Shown here piece by piece: positions 51,305 through 61,070 of a DNA stretch of 64,000 bases. Source of the DNA: an uncultured Clostridium sp. (GTDB taxonomy: Bacteria; Bacillota; Clostridia; Lachnospirales; Lachnospiraceae); NCBI GenBank assembly GCA_964415625.1, contig CAYQBE010000004.1, forward strand, positions 10,620 through 74,619. The letters run 5' to 3'. A program made the position numbers and the translations under genes. Every line of letters starts with the position of its first letter. The first letter of the stretch is position 1. The notes under the pieces are model-generated. The model saw nothing but the letters and a program-made list of their open reading frames with translations. It was not told where the DNA came from and did not search any database.

Positions 51305-51813
51305 ATGAGAAATTATTTTACGGACTTACTGAATAGTACTATAGGTGGAGAATTGAAAAAAAGGAAAAGGTATTGCCATATTAAAAAGTATTGGAGCAAA
51401 TGGATGCGGAGAATTATTTGCTAGAAAAAGGATTCTGAAACTTTTTGCGAATTGGAGGCCGGTACATGATTGGAGTGGCGGACGAGATTCAGAATACTCA
51501 AAGGAATTCCAACACAAAATAGTTTATTATAAAGACAAAATATTCTGTTATAAAGAAAAGGTTATGTAAGCCCGAGTATGTATTAGATAGATATAAGTCT
51601 GAAGGGGTATTTCAAGAGGTTGCTATCTGTAAGCCGGAGAAAGCGGTCAAAGGATCAAAAGAGATGAACATTGGCATTACAATACTGATCCAGTCAAAAA
51701 AATTTACAGAGAATTAAAGGCGTTATGATATAGCGGAAATATAGTGTGGATTGGGGATTTATTGAGTGATGAGAAATTGGCTTCGGGAATAGGAAAGGCG
51801 GTAGGGAGAGAAA

Positions 51814-53838
51814 ATGGGGAATAAAATGCGTAAAAAGATACCACAGTATTTTGAGGCTTATGATTTGTTGCTAACTTATCCGGATTTTTACATTGAGATG
51901 AGCAGAGCAGAAGCTGGAATGCTATGTGGACTGATCCAGAAGTACCGCCCGCATAATATTTATGAGATTGGAGTTGCGGCAGGCGGAAGCACCTGTTTAC
52001 TTCTCAAATGTTTGGAGTTGTTTGGATTGGAAGAAACAACTTTGTGTAGTATTGATGTGGAGGAGAAATTTTATCGAAACATAAAGAAGAAAACAGGATA
52101 TTTGTTATCCGACAACAAAGATAAATTCTATAATTATGGAAGACAAAAGTTTCTATTAGGAAAATATGCTGTTGAATGTACGAAGGAAATAACGGAGAAA
52201 ATTGATTTTCTGTTTTTGGACACTACGCACAGAGTTCCTGGAGAAATTTTGGACTTTTTGTTGCTGCTTCCATATTTGGCTGATGGCGCGATCGTAGTAT
52301 TGCATGATACGAATTTACATAATCGGGAAATAGATCATAGTGGTTTTGCTACCAGAGTATTGTTTAACACTGTTGTAGCGGATAAATTTTATGCGGATAA
52401 TCTGGAATTATTAAACATAGGGGGATTTCAGATTACTGATGAAACAAAGAAATATATAAGGGATGTTTTTGGCATATTATTATTGCCGTGGCATTATAAA
52501 GTAGATGATGAGATATTGCAATTTTACAGAACTGAATATCAGAAACACTATTCCAGTGAGTTGATTTGGGTTTTCGACAGTGCTGTAGGATATGCGAAGC
52601 AATGGTTTGAGTTTGACAAGGAGTCAACTAGAAAAACGGTTGGAAAAAAAGAAAGGGGAGTCAGTATGAATTTATCTTTTCAGAATGTATTAGAAAAAGC
52701 AAGGAAAGCAGACGCAGTTGTGATTGTTGGCGCGGGAGTCAGAGGAAAAGAACTGTTCCTGCAGTTAGAACTGGAAGGTTCTGTTCCGGTTAAGGTTTTT
52801 TTTGATAATAGTGATAAGCGCAATGGAGACTACATAAAGGATATCAAAATTACTAAGCCTTATAAGGTTGAGGAGTGTTCATGCATTTATGTGATCGCTG
52901 TTGATTCTGGGGAAAGCAGAAAATCACTTAAAGCACAATTGTGTGAACTTGGGATAGAGCAAAAAAATATTGTTTTGTATTGTTTCCATAAGGATTATGA
53001 CTATTATAGCAGTCTTGATGAGAAATTTTATGCGTCAGAGATACAGTTAATGTATTATGAGCGACTGGGAAAGGTAATGAATTGGGAAAAGCCTGCTACT
53101 TATAATGAAATAATTAACTGGGAAAAAGTAAACATAAAAGATGTACGGAGAACACAATTAGCTGATAAATATTTGGCTCGTGAATGGATTAAGGAGCGTA
53201 TAGGTGAAAAGTATTTAACGAAGCTGTACGGTGTATGGGATAACGCAAATGACATTGATTTTGATCTTTTGCCCAAGTCATTTGTATTAAAACTCAATAA
53301 TGGAAGCTCGCGGAATATTATTGTAAAAGATAAGACCAAGATTGATAAAGAAGATATTTGCCGTAAGCTAAATGAATGGAAAGATTGTAATTTTGCATAT
53401 ATGAGCCTTGAACTCCATTACAGGGATATTGTGCCCAAAATTATTTGTGAAGAATATTTGGAGGGTGTGGCCGAAAGCGTATATGACTATAATATATACT
53501 GCTTCCATGGAGAGCCAGAGTATATATGGTGTATTAAGGGGAGCCACAGGCCGGATTGTCAGGCATCCTTTTATGATAAAAATTGGGTCATGCAGCCGTT
53601 TTCATATGGATATCCAAAGGATCCGGTGCAGGCGCCAAAACCAGAAAAACTGGAAGAAATGTTGGATTTATGTAGGATTCTGTCAGCAGATTTTAAACAT
53701 GTGCGGATAGATGGGTATAATCTTCCAGATGGGAGAGTATTGTTCTCTGAGATTACGTTTTCTACATGGAGCGGCCTTTGCCGTTGGGAACCAGAAGAAT
53801 ATGATACTGTTTTCGGAAGATTAATTTCTGAGGGTTGA
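51814..53838 (+). CDS. Methyltransferase + Rossmann-like module + TupA-like ATP-grasp fusion
   Basis: EIGVAAGGST, FLDTTH, VLHD; VVIVGAG; ADKY.AR, FVLK.N.GS, IICEEYL, FSEITF. Confidence 0.8.
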   Translation: MGNKMRKKIPQYFEAYDLLLTYPDFYIEMSRAEAGMLCGLIQKYRPHNIYEIGVAAGGSTCLLLKCLELFGLEETTLCSIDVEEKFYRNIKKKTGYLLSDNKDKFYNYGRQKFLLGKYAVECTKEITEKIDFLFLDTTHRVPGEILDFLLLLPYLADGAIVVLHDTNLHNREIDHSGFATRVLFNTVVADKFYADNLELLNIGGFQITDETKKYIRDVFGILLLPWHYKVDDEILQFYRTEYQKHYSSELIWVFDSAVGYAKQWFEFDKESTRKTVGKKERGVSMNLSFQNVLEKARKADAVVIVGAGVRGKELFLQLELEGSVPVKVFFDNSDKRNGDYIKDIKITKPYKVEECSCIYVIAVDSGESRKSLKAQLCELGIEQKNIVLYCFHKDYDYYSSLDEKFYASEIQLMYYERLGKVMNWEKPATYNEIINWEKVNIKDVRRTQLADKYLAREWIKERIGEKYLTKLYGVWDNANDIDFDLLPKSFVLKLNNGSSRNIIVKDKTKIDKEDICRKLNEWKDCNFAYMSLELHYRDIVPKIICEEYLEGVAESVYDYNIYCFHGEPEYIWCIKGSHRPDCQASFYDKNWVMQPFSYGYPKDPVQAPKPEKLEEMLDLCRILSADFKHVRIDGYNLPDGRVLFSEITFSTWSGLCRWEPEEYDTVFGRLISEG

Positions 53839-53959
53839 GCATTTATATATTTATAGGGATAGGAATACGATCCCTAAATATGAAAGTAATCTCTCATGAC
53901 CAATTTGTGCCGATATGACCACATGTTCACCCGTTTTTTAGACGGAGGATAAAAAGACA

Positions 53960-55228
53960 ATGGAAAAATTAGATTTATACAGGGAACCGATAGAAATATT
54001 AAATAGATTTGAGAATAAAGGCGATACAGGAATGTCAGATTCTGAATTGTCATTTCTATGTGGGGGCAATAAAAAAATTTAGACCTAAAAGGATTGTAGA
54101 AGTAGGAGTTGCTGCCGGAGGAACCACTGCTGTTATTTTAAATTGTATAAAATTATTAAACTATAGTTGCGAAATGTACTCAGTAGATATATGTAAACGT
54201 TATTATCAAGATACATCAAAAAGAACAGGATTTATTGCAGAACAGTTGATTACAGAGGAATTTGCAAATTTTGTGAAACATCGCTTTTTATTAGGGAAAA
54301 CAGTTGCGGCATCATTAGATGAAATAGGAAGGGAAATTGATTTTGTAATATTGGATACGATGCATTCACTACCTGGTGAATTGTTGGATTTTATTTCATT
54401 ATATCCGTTTTTAAATAAAAAAGCAGTTATTGTTTTTCACGATGTTGCACAATCACAGTTGGGCTTTCAAAATATAAATGGCGCACCATTTGAATATGCC
54501 AGCTTAGTTACTTTATCTACATTAATGGGCGAAAAATATGTGGTATCTGATAAAAGGAATATTTCTGGATTTCTAACATAGGGGCAATAAGATTGAATGA
54601 AAATACTCCGAATAGTATAGAAAATGTGTTTTTTTCTTTATTTATTAACTGGAATTATATACCAGATAGAAAGAGTTTAGATGAATATCACCAAAGAATA
54701 GAAAAAGAATATGATGCAATATACTGCAAAATGTTTGAACGTGCGATAGAATGTAATTTGTTTTCATTATACAGGAGGAACGGAATAAAAATACCTTTGA
54801 AGGTAATAAAGGATGATTTTAAGAAAGTGCTGAAAAAAGCCGAAAAAATATATATTTATGGTGCAGGAAAAATAAGTAAAAATATAACAAGATATATCGA
54901 AAGATTTTTAGGAGAACATAAAATTTTAGGATATATAGTAACGGATAATTCCTCATATTATTCAAAAAATATATATACATTAGAAGATATTGAAAGAGAT
55001 AATAATTCATTAATTATTTTAGGATTAGATGAAAAATATCATTTAGATGTGCTGCACAATTTGTATGAAAAGGGATTTTCAAAACAAGTATTTCCATATA
55101 ATGGGGTTGGCTTTAGAGAGATGATGCAATTTATTGCATACGAAAATAGTATGGAGGAAAATATAGCGGAATCATATGAAAATCTTTATGGATATGAAAA
55201 TTGGATAAGGAATGCAGCTAGAAAATAA
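53960..55228 (+). pseudogene. Methyltransferase + Rossmann module gene split by two compensating frameshifts
   Basis: GGAGG RBS, ATG 53960; +1 in G5 tract 54062-54066, -1 near 54570; segments align with the 51814 methyltransferase domain (EVGVAAGG, LDTMH, FHD, NIGAI). Confidence 0.8.
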
Positions 55229-55289
55229 TTTTTTGACAATAATGCATTAAAAAAATATGGGTGAAACGAATTATTTTGCTTTCTAAAAG

Positions 55290-55908
55290 AGGAATGACAT
55301 GGCAAACTGGGTCATCCGGTGCAGCTAGGAATGGCTGGAGCCTGTTTACTGGCGGATCCATAAATATTTAATGGGATGCGGCGTACTCCATATGGATGAA
55401 ACCAGGATCCAGTGCAATAAAGAGGCTGGAAAAAAGCCAGCAGTGAATCTTTCATCTGGGTCATACGCAGTGCCGCATGCGAAGAACTCCAGGCAGCGTT
55501 CTTTTACTATTCCCAAACCCGGAATGGGGATATCGCGAAAGAACTTCTGGAGAAATTCTACGGATACCTGGTCACAGATGCTTACAGCGGATATGAGAAG
55601 GTCGAGCACATCACACGCTCCTTATGCTGGGCACATATTCATAGATCCTATGAGGAAAAGAAACAGAAGCGTCAGGAGGTCTCACGGCCCATCCTTGATG
55701 CCTTTTGGGCGTGGGTTGAGGAAATCTCTGCGTTGGCTACCACAAATGAGAAACTCACCCAGGCACTCGGATATTCTAAAAACCAGAAGGGATATCTGGA
55801 AACATTTCTGGAAGACGGGCGCCTGCCGATCTCTAACATTTTATGTGAAGCAAATATCAAGCCGTTCGCCACAGCAAGGCGGGCATGGCTTTTTGCTGAC
55901 ACTCCAAG
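55290..55908 (+). pseudogene. IS66-family transposase (TnpC) remnant
   Basis: MANWVI, LHMDET, GYL.TDAY.GY, CWAH, FLEDGRLPISN..CE..IKPF...R..WLF across frameshifts and deletions. Confidence 0.85.
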
Positions 55909-56021
55909 TCTCAATCAATGATAGTGTCAGTATAGCAGATCTTTGCTGGAATTACTAGACGCCATCTTTTGAGGCACTTACTGAAATACTCATAAAAAAT
56001 CAACTTTTTGTTACAATTTGT

Positions 56022-56050
56022 TTGCTTTTCGGGGGACAATATAGTAGAAT
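56022..56050 (+). promoter_or_regulatory. Sigma-A type promoter for the peptide gene
   Basis: TTGCTT-17 bp-TAGAAT, 28 bp upstream of ATG 56079. Confidence 0.65.
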
Positions 56051-56078
56051 AAACGGTAACAAGAAAAAAGGAGTAAGC

Positions 56079-56258
56079 ATGATGAAAGGAGAAGGAAAGC
56101 CAGGAGTTGTATTGCCGGTTGTGGTTGACACGTTACCAGGAAGAGATATGCGGGTCTCATATATAGAGGAAAAGACTTATAAGTCCCCTGGAACGAACAA
56201 GAGGTTGCATTTGTCATCATCGGCCCATATTGAAAAAATGAAGAAATTACCATTCTAA
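56079..56258 (+). CDS. 59-aa basic peptide of unknown function
   Basis: AAAGGAG RBS, promoter upstream, terminator right after stop; MMKGEGKPGVVLPVVVDTLPG...KMKKLPF. Confidence 0.7.
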   Translation: MMKGEGKPGVVLPVVVDTLPGRDMRVSYIEEKTYKSPGTNKRLHLSSSAHIEKMKKLPF

Positions 56259-56261
56259 GTC

Positions 56262-56295
56262 AAAAGCCAGTTCTGCTTTGCGGGACTGGTTTTTT
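56262..56295 (+). terminator. Intrinsic terminator between the peptide and the large gene
   Basis: AAAAGCCAGTTCTGC-TTT-GCGGGACTGG followed by T6. Confidence 0.8.
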
Positions 56296-56420
56296 GCCCC
56301 GCAGATACCTTATTATGCAGAATGCTTCTAGTGGCGCAGGCTTTCTGTATGAAAAGCAATATCATACATTATGACTGGAATTCAACTTAGGATACAGAGC
56401 CTCGAAGAGGCCGTATATGC

Positions 56421-59400
56421 ATGAGGAGGAAAATCGTGAGCGAGATAAAAATGCTGAATCTATTTCGCTGTAGTTCGGCAGGGGATAAGATGATCGAAAA
56501 GGATATACATTATTTTGTGACAGATTACTTTGATGGAATCAAAGTGGAGGATCTGAACCCGGAATCAACTACATTAGCGGAATGTATGGGAATCAAAAAA
56601 GAGGCAAACAAAAATAATGTTGGAATTTCTCATCAGAGATATTGCTTGTATTCTGAGGAGGATACGAGAGAAGACATTTTTGAAATTAATCAGGAGCTTC
56701 CGGTATTGACGGTAATACAGGTATTCATAAATCCAGACATCTATCAGTCTGTCCGTTTTGCAGAAGATGGAAAGGAAGTTACATGTAGGAATTGCATGGA
56801 TAAGGTGCAAAAGTACATTCAAGAAAATTTTTCAAACAAAAAAGAGATAAGCTGGAAAATGTATCGTTTGCTGACGGCAGGAGATTTTGCGATTATTGTA
56901 CGAAGTAAGCGCATTCATGACGCATATGATATATCAACCCTGGTTCGGAGTATTTGTATGGCTCCGGAGAGGAGTGACAAGTGGGAAGCAGTATTTTTCA
57001 CGTATAGTATATCGGGCGTATTAGATAAGCGAATGGATAGTCAGGACATATATGAAAGCATAGACTGGATGAAATATCTTGGCGAGAAGGACCGTATTAT
57101 TGTACGAATTGTTTATGATCATGTGAATACTCAGGAGAATAGAGAGGTAAAAGTGTCAGATAGAGAAATGAAACAAACACTCTTACCGTTAGGCTACAGG
57201 CTTCTGGGTAGATATGATTATCAGACGGAATGCAGCCCATTGGAGTTTCAGGAAATGTATACCTATATTCGAAACTACAAATTCGGGAAGAGTGAGATTA
57301 CGCAGGATATCATAGACAATGCCGACTGTGTAAAAGTAAAGGGTCTGCTGTGGCTGATAAAAATGGGACATGTTTTACGAATAAATGAAAAAATATTTTT
57401 ACATTATGAAACTGACCCGTTATTGACAGAAGAGCCCATAGTCTGGCGGGTACATATTGAAAGCGAATGGAGCTCTTTGTATGAAAATAATGAAATGATG
57501 ATTTCGCAGATGAAGAAATTGGCGGATCAGATTGAAAAGCAGCTAGAGTCCTATTATCAGAGTGAACGTAATTTGAAGGAGTCTGCCCGTCTGCTGGGGC
57601 GTTTTTGCCGAGTTCTTCACGAGATCAATCAGATGCGCGAGCTGAGGATCAGCACGGCAAATTTAGTCAGACAGCTAAAGATCATATTAAATTCTCTGCA
57701 AAGGTACTTGATAAATGCGGAAAGATATCATTGGGATAGTCAGGCAACAGCAAGTCAGATCAGTGAATATCTGCGTTTGGGAATCAATGATCTGGAAATT
57801 TTTGCTAGATATGTCAGAAATATAAATTTACAGACACTACAGACACCTAACTATGATTTACAGACCAACATGTGTATTGAAAAAATATTATTGGCATATA
57901 GCCAGTTTCTGCAGCCATTTTTAGAAAAGCAGACAGCGGATGATTACAATAAAAGGCCTTATCATTTTTCTGGTACATTATATCCGATTGTTGTACCGAA
58001 TATGGGTGTAAAGGATTTGTCAGTATGTGTATTATTTGATGATTATCATCTTCAAAATGAAGCATATGATAAATTGATGATAGTAAATAATCCTACTTTT
58101 TCATACTTATGTGAAACCTGTTTTTTACTTCCGGCAGTTTTTCATGAGATTGCCCATCAGTTTCGATATGAAACACATAAAAAGAGAAATGCTTGCTTAG
58201 ATGAGTATCTTATGAAAAAAATGATACACTATCTCTTGATGGAGCTTCTTGACGAAGATGATGAATATGATTTCCCGTTAGAAGAAAAAATTGGAAAAGT
58301 GGTTGATGCTGTATATAATGAAATAAAAGGAAAAATGGTGTTCAGTGAAGCTCAAGAAAGTGGTCTTCAGTTTTTTAAATATGAATTTGAGAGAACAATG
58401 CTGGAATTTTTGACTGCGGTAAAAGAAGAGAGAACACCAGCATCTATTGTGGAGCGATATATAAAAAGAACGAAACAAGATGTAAGGAAATATAATGCTG
58501 AAAATATAGATATTTTGAATGATATTAAAACGAAAATGCGAAAATTAGAAGAGTCTTCCGTCAAGAATGGTACATATGATGAAGACGTTCTTTTGTTGCT
58601 TCAACAAGATGTTATGAACTATTTTAAAATACAGGAAAAACAAATATTTGAAGAGATCGTTGGAATTATAGAAAACATTGCGGATGAGATAAGACAAACA
58701 TATAACAGAGACGCAAACATAGTAAATAATCTGGAAGAATTTTGTCCTAAATCATGGGATGATAAAGAGGTGGAAGAAAAAGGAAGGAGATTGTTTGAAC
58801 TTTGGAAAACATTGGAGAAGAAAATTCCTGAATTTTTTGTCCGGGAAGACTTAAGGAGCTTGCTGAAGCACTATCATAATCTGTACAATGCATATCGAGA
58901 TTATAATAGCACATGGAAGCCTGAAAAAATGAACAGAGAGATTCGTTATCATAGTATTTTTAAGGAAATGTATACTGCGATATATAATAATCTGTTGGAG
59001 ACACTTGAAAAATTTGAAGAGGAGAGGAATCATCAGTTATCCTGGGAGGCGATTCAGCTTGAAGGGGAACGCCTTGAGCACTTGAAAAGAAGAATAAAAT
59101 CTGAAAAAGAGGCAGGGATCAAAAAGAGATTAAAACATATTTTGTCTATACATCAAAGGGGAAGAATTGAGGAATTTATCAGCAGTAACATAGAGTTTTA
59201 TAGAGAGATTACGTCTGATCTGTTTATGTGTTCGATGATGGGTTTAGATTCATTTGGATATTTAATGGTAGCTGCGGAGAATTTTGTATTCAATAGCGCA
59301 AATGAGTTGGTGCTGCACAAAAGGGTTTCTCTTGTGCTACAATGTTTAAGTAAAAATAAAAGAGAAATGACTGCAGAAAAATTTTCAGAGGAACTCTTGG

Positions 59401-59870
59401 AAATTTTGTGTCATGAGCTTAATATTCTGAAAAACGAATGTGCGGATATTTATTGCTGCCCCAAAATGTGGGATGCTTCGGAAGCAAAATTAGATGAAAT
59501 AGAAGAGTTTTTGGTAAATCTGCGTAGGGTAGGGGGACTAACAACAACGCAGGACTGGATTCTAAGAATTTTTTTGCAAATTGCGTATATTATTTTTAAC
59601 ATTAAGGATGCAGAAGTGGCGTGCAATGAAATTAGTGAAAAAGTAATATGGGAGGATATGGTATCAGAAGATTCATATATCGAACGTAAAAAAATCATGG
59701 CACAGGTTTTAGAGAAAAACGGGGGCGCGGAACTGTGCGGATCCATTGCGGAAATATTAAATTCACCGGCATCATATTTTAAAAACAAAAAGTATTTGCT
59801 TACAGAGGAGATAAAATTTATTTTGCTGCACTATGAGAGGAACTGCAGACAGATTTTTGAATCAATATGA
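56421..59870 (+). CDS. Large hypothetical protein with HEXXH zincin-like motif
   Basis: VFHEIAHQ (58143-58157) and distal REITSD; GAGGAGG suggests the true start is GTG 56436; no signal peptide or TM. Confidence 0.8.
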   Translation: MRRKIVSEIKMLNLFRCSSAGDKMIEKDIHYFVTDYFDGIKVEDLNPESTTLAECMGIKKEANKNNVGISHQRYCLYSEEDTREDIFEINQELPVLTVIQVFINPDIYQSVRFAEDGKEVTCRNCMDKVQKYIQENFSNKKEISWKMYRLLTAGDFAIIVRSKRIHDAYDISTLVRSICMAPERSDKWEAVFFTYSISGVLDKRMDSQDIYESIDWMKYLGEKDRIIVRIVYDHVNTQENREVKVSDREMKQTLLPLGYRLLGRYDYQTECSPLEFQEMYTYIRNYKFGKSEITQDIIDNADCVKVKGLLWLIKMGHVLRINEKIFLHYETDPLLTEEPIVWRVHIESEWSSLYENNEMMISQMKKLADQIEKQLESYYQSERNLKESARLLGRFCRVLHEINQMRELRISTANLVRQLKIILNSLQRYLINAERYHWDSQATASQISEYLRLGINDLEIFARYVRNINLQTLQTPNYDLQTNMCIEKILLAYSQFLQPFLEKQTADDYNKRPYHFSGTLYPIVVPNMGVKDLSVCVLFDDYHLQNEAYDKLMIVNNPTFSYLCETCFLLPAVFHEIAHQFRYETHKKRNACLDEYLMKKMIHYLLMELLDEDDEYDFPLEEKIGKVVDAVYNEIKGKMVFSEAQESGLQFFKYEFERTMLEFLTAVKEERTPASIVERYIKRTKQDVRKYNAENIDILNDIKTKMRKLEESSVKNGTYDEDVLLLLQQDVMNYFKIQEKQIFEEIVGIIENIADEIRQTYNRDANIVNNLEEFCPKSWDDKEVEEKGRRLFELWKTLEKKIPEFFVREDLRSLLKHYHNLYNAYRDYNSTWKPEKMNREIRYHSIFKEMYTAIYNNLLETLEKFEEERNHQLSWEAIQLEGERLEHLKRRIKSEKEAGIKKRLKHILSIHQRGRIEEFISSNIEFYREITSDLFMCSMMGLDSFGYLMVAAENFVFNSANELVLHKRVSLVLQCLSKNKREMTAEKFSEELLEILCHELNILKNECADIYCCPKMWDASEAKLDEIEEFLVNLRRVGGLTTTQDWILRIFLQIAYIIFNIKDAEVACNEISEKVIWEDMVSEDSYIERKKIMAQVLEKNGGAELCGSIAEILNSPASYFKNKKYLLTEEIKFILLHYERNCRQIFESI

Positions 59871-59882
59871 AAGGAAGCGGAA

Positions 59883-60974
59883 ATGGCGATTCATCAGCAT
59901 AAAGTCTATCATTTTCATGAGTACATTGAAATTATAAATCAGATTGGGGAAAGTAAGAAGAAAAACTCTTGTGAGCCGCCTGTACTGTGGTCAAGAGGAC
60001 ATAGGGAACAATCATGGAATCTGCGCCCGACTTTGTTACGTGATGTCAGGCTAAACCCGATCAATAATCTGAGCAATGCATCCAAAAGAGCTATGGAGGA
60101 GGAATTACGCAAACAACACTATATAGCGAAAAATTATCATTTCCTTGATAAGGAGCCTAAGACAAGTATTGAGTGGTATGAAGTTATGCAGCATCATGGT
60201 GTAAAAACCAGATTGTTAGACTGGTCAGAGTCGGAATTGCATTCATTAGTATTTGCGCTGGAATGTTTTTTTGATAACAAGAGATACAGATCTTGGGACA
60301 GGCTGAATAGTTCACCATGTGTATGGATATTAGATCCTATCGAGTGGAATATGAAAGCATTTGAACAGATTATCTCTAACAATTATATAATTGATTCATG
60401 TGTAGATCGCCTGTATAAAGTCGGATTTGGGGACAAAAGGAAGATAAAACATAGAATGAGAGATTTGCAGAGTGTGTACTATGATTACATATCGGTTACT
60501 TCAGCCGGGCACCTGAAAGGAATTTTTAATTTAAGCAGTATTATAGAAATGTGGCAGGAATTGCGCCAGGAAGATATGGTTTCGTTGTTGAAAAACGGAG
60601 AATTATATTATTGCTTTTTCTATATATTGCTGTATATTTATTTGGAAAGTGAACAGCAAAAAATCAGTGAGATTATGCCACTGTCTATAGTGGAATCATA
60701 TCATAGCGAAAGGATTCGGGCGCAAAAGGGAGCATTTACAATTTTCCCTTATTATGAAGAGGATTCGGCATTCGCAAGTGCTTTAAGCTTAGGAATTCCC
60801 TTGGATTCTATGGAATACATGCAGAATGGAAATCATTTATTGCATAAAATCATGTTATGTAATCCGGATGAAATTGCGTTTGAAGTGATGAATGCTGGAG
60901 CTAATGTCAGTTGGTTGTATCCTGAAATGCCTGTTGTAGCAAATGCAATAGAGCAAAGAGAGATTTTCCAGTGA
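59883..60974 (+). CDS. FRG-domain protein
   Basis: WSRGH....W.L.PTL.R, MQHHG.KTRLLDWS, ERIRAQKG.FT, G.....LYP; 12 bp after the large gene. Confidence 0.88.
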   Translation: MAIHQHKVYHFHEYIEIINQIGESKKKNSCEPPVLWSRGHREQSWNLRPTLLRDVRLNPINNLSNASKRAMEEELRKQHYIAKNYHFLDKEPKTSIEWYEVMQHHGVKTRLLDWSESELHSLVFALECFFDNKRYRSWDRLNSSPCVWILDPIEWNMKAFEQIISNNYIIDSCVDRLYKVGFGDKRKIKHRMRDLQSVYYDYISVTSAGHLKGIFNLSSIIEMWQELRQEDMVSLLKNGELYYCFFYILLYIYLESEQQKISEIMPLSIVESYHSERIRAQKGAFTIFPYYEEDSAFASALSLGIPLDSMEYMQNGNHLLHKIMLCNPDEIAFEVMNAGANVSWLYPEMPVVANAIEQREIFQ

Positions 60975-61070
60975 TACTGGTAGTATTAGTATGAGTCAAT
61001 TTTCAGCCGATATAAAATGATATGATATTGTGGATTATGAGACAGAGAAGTTTGAAAGGAGCGTAATCGT

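Noticed and set aside
51301-51800. Possible decayed Rossmann-module gene (IGANGCG...AICKPE fragments)
   Set aside because: Too degraded to define a frame or product by eye
55371-55958. 195-aa ORF as an intact gene
   Set aside because: Only its start matches IS66 TnpC; the rest is out-of-frame pseudogene sequence
11865-56258. Radical SAM enzymes as RiPP maturases for the 59-aa peptide
   Set aside because: They are 7-44 kb away, embedded among glycan genes, carry the glycan-locus module, and the peptide has no Cys or Trp
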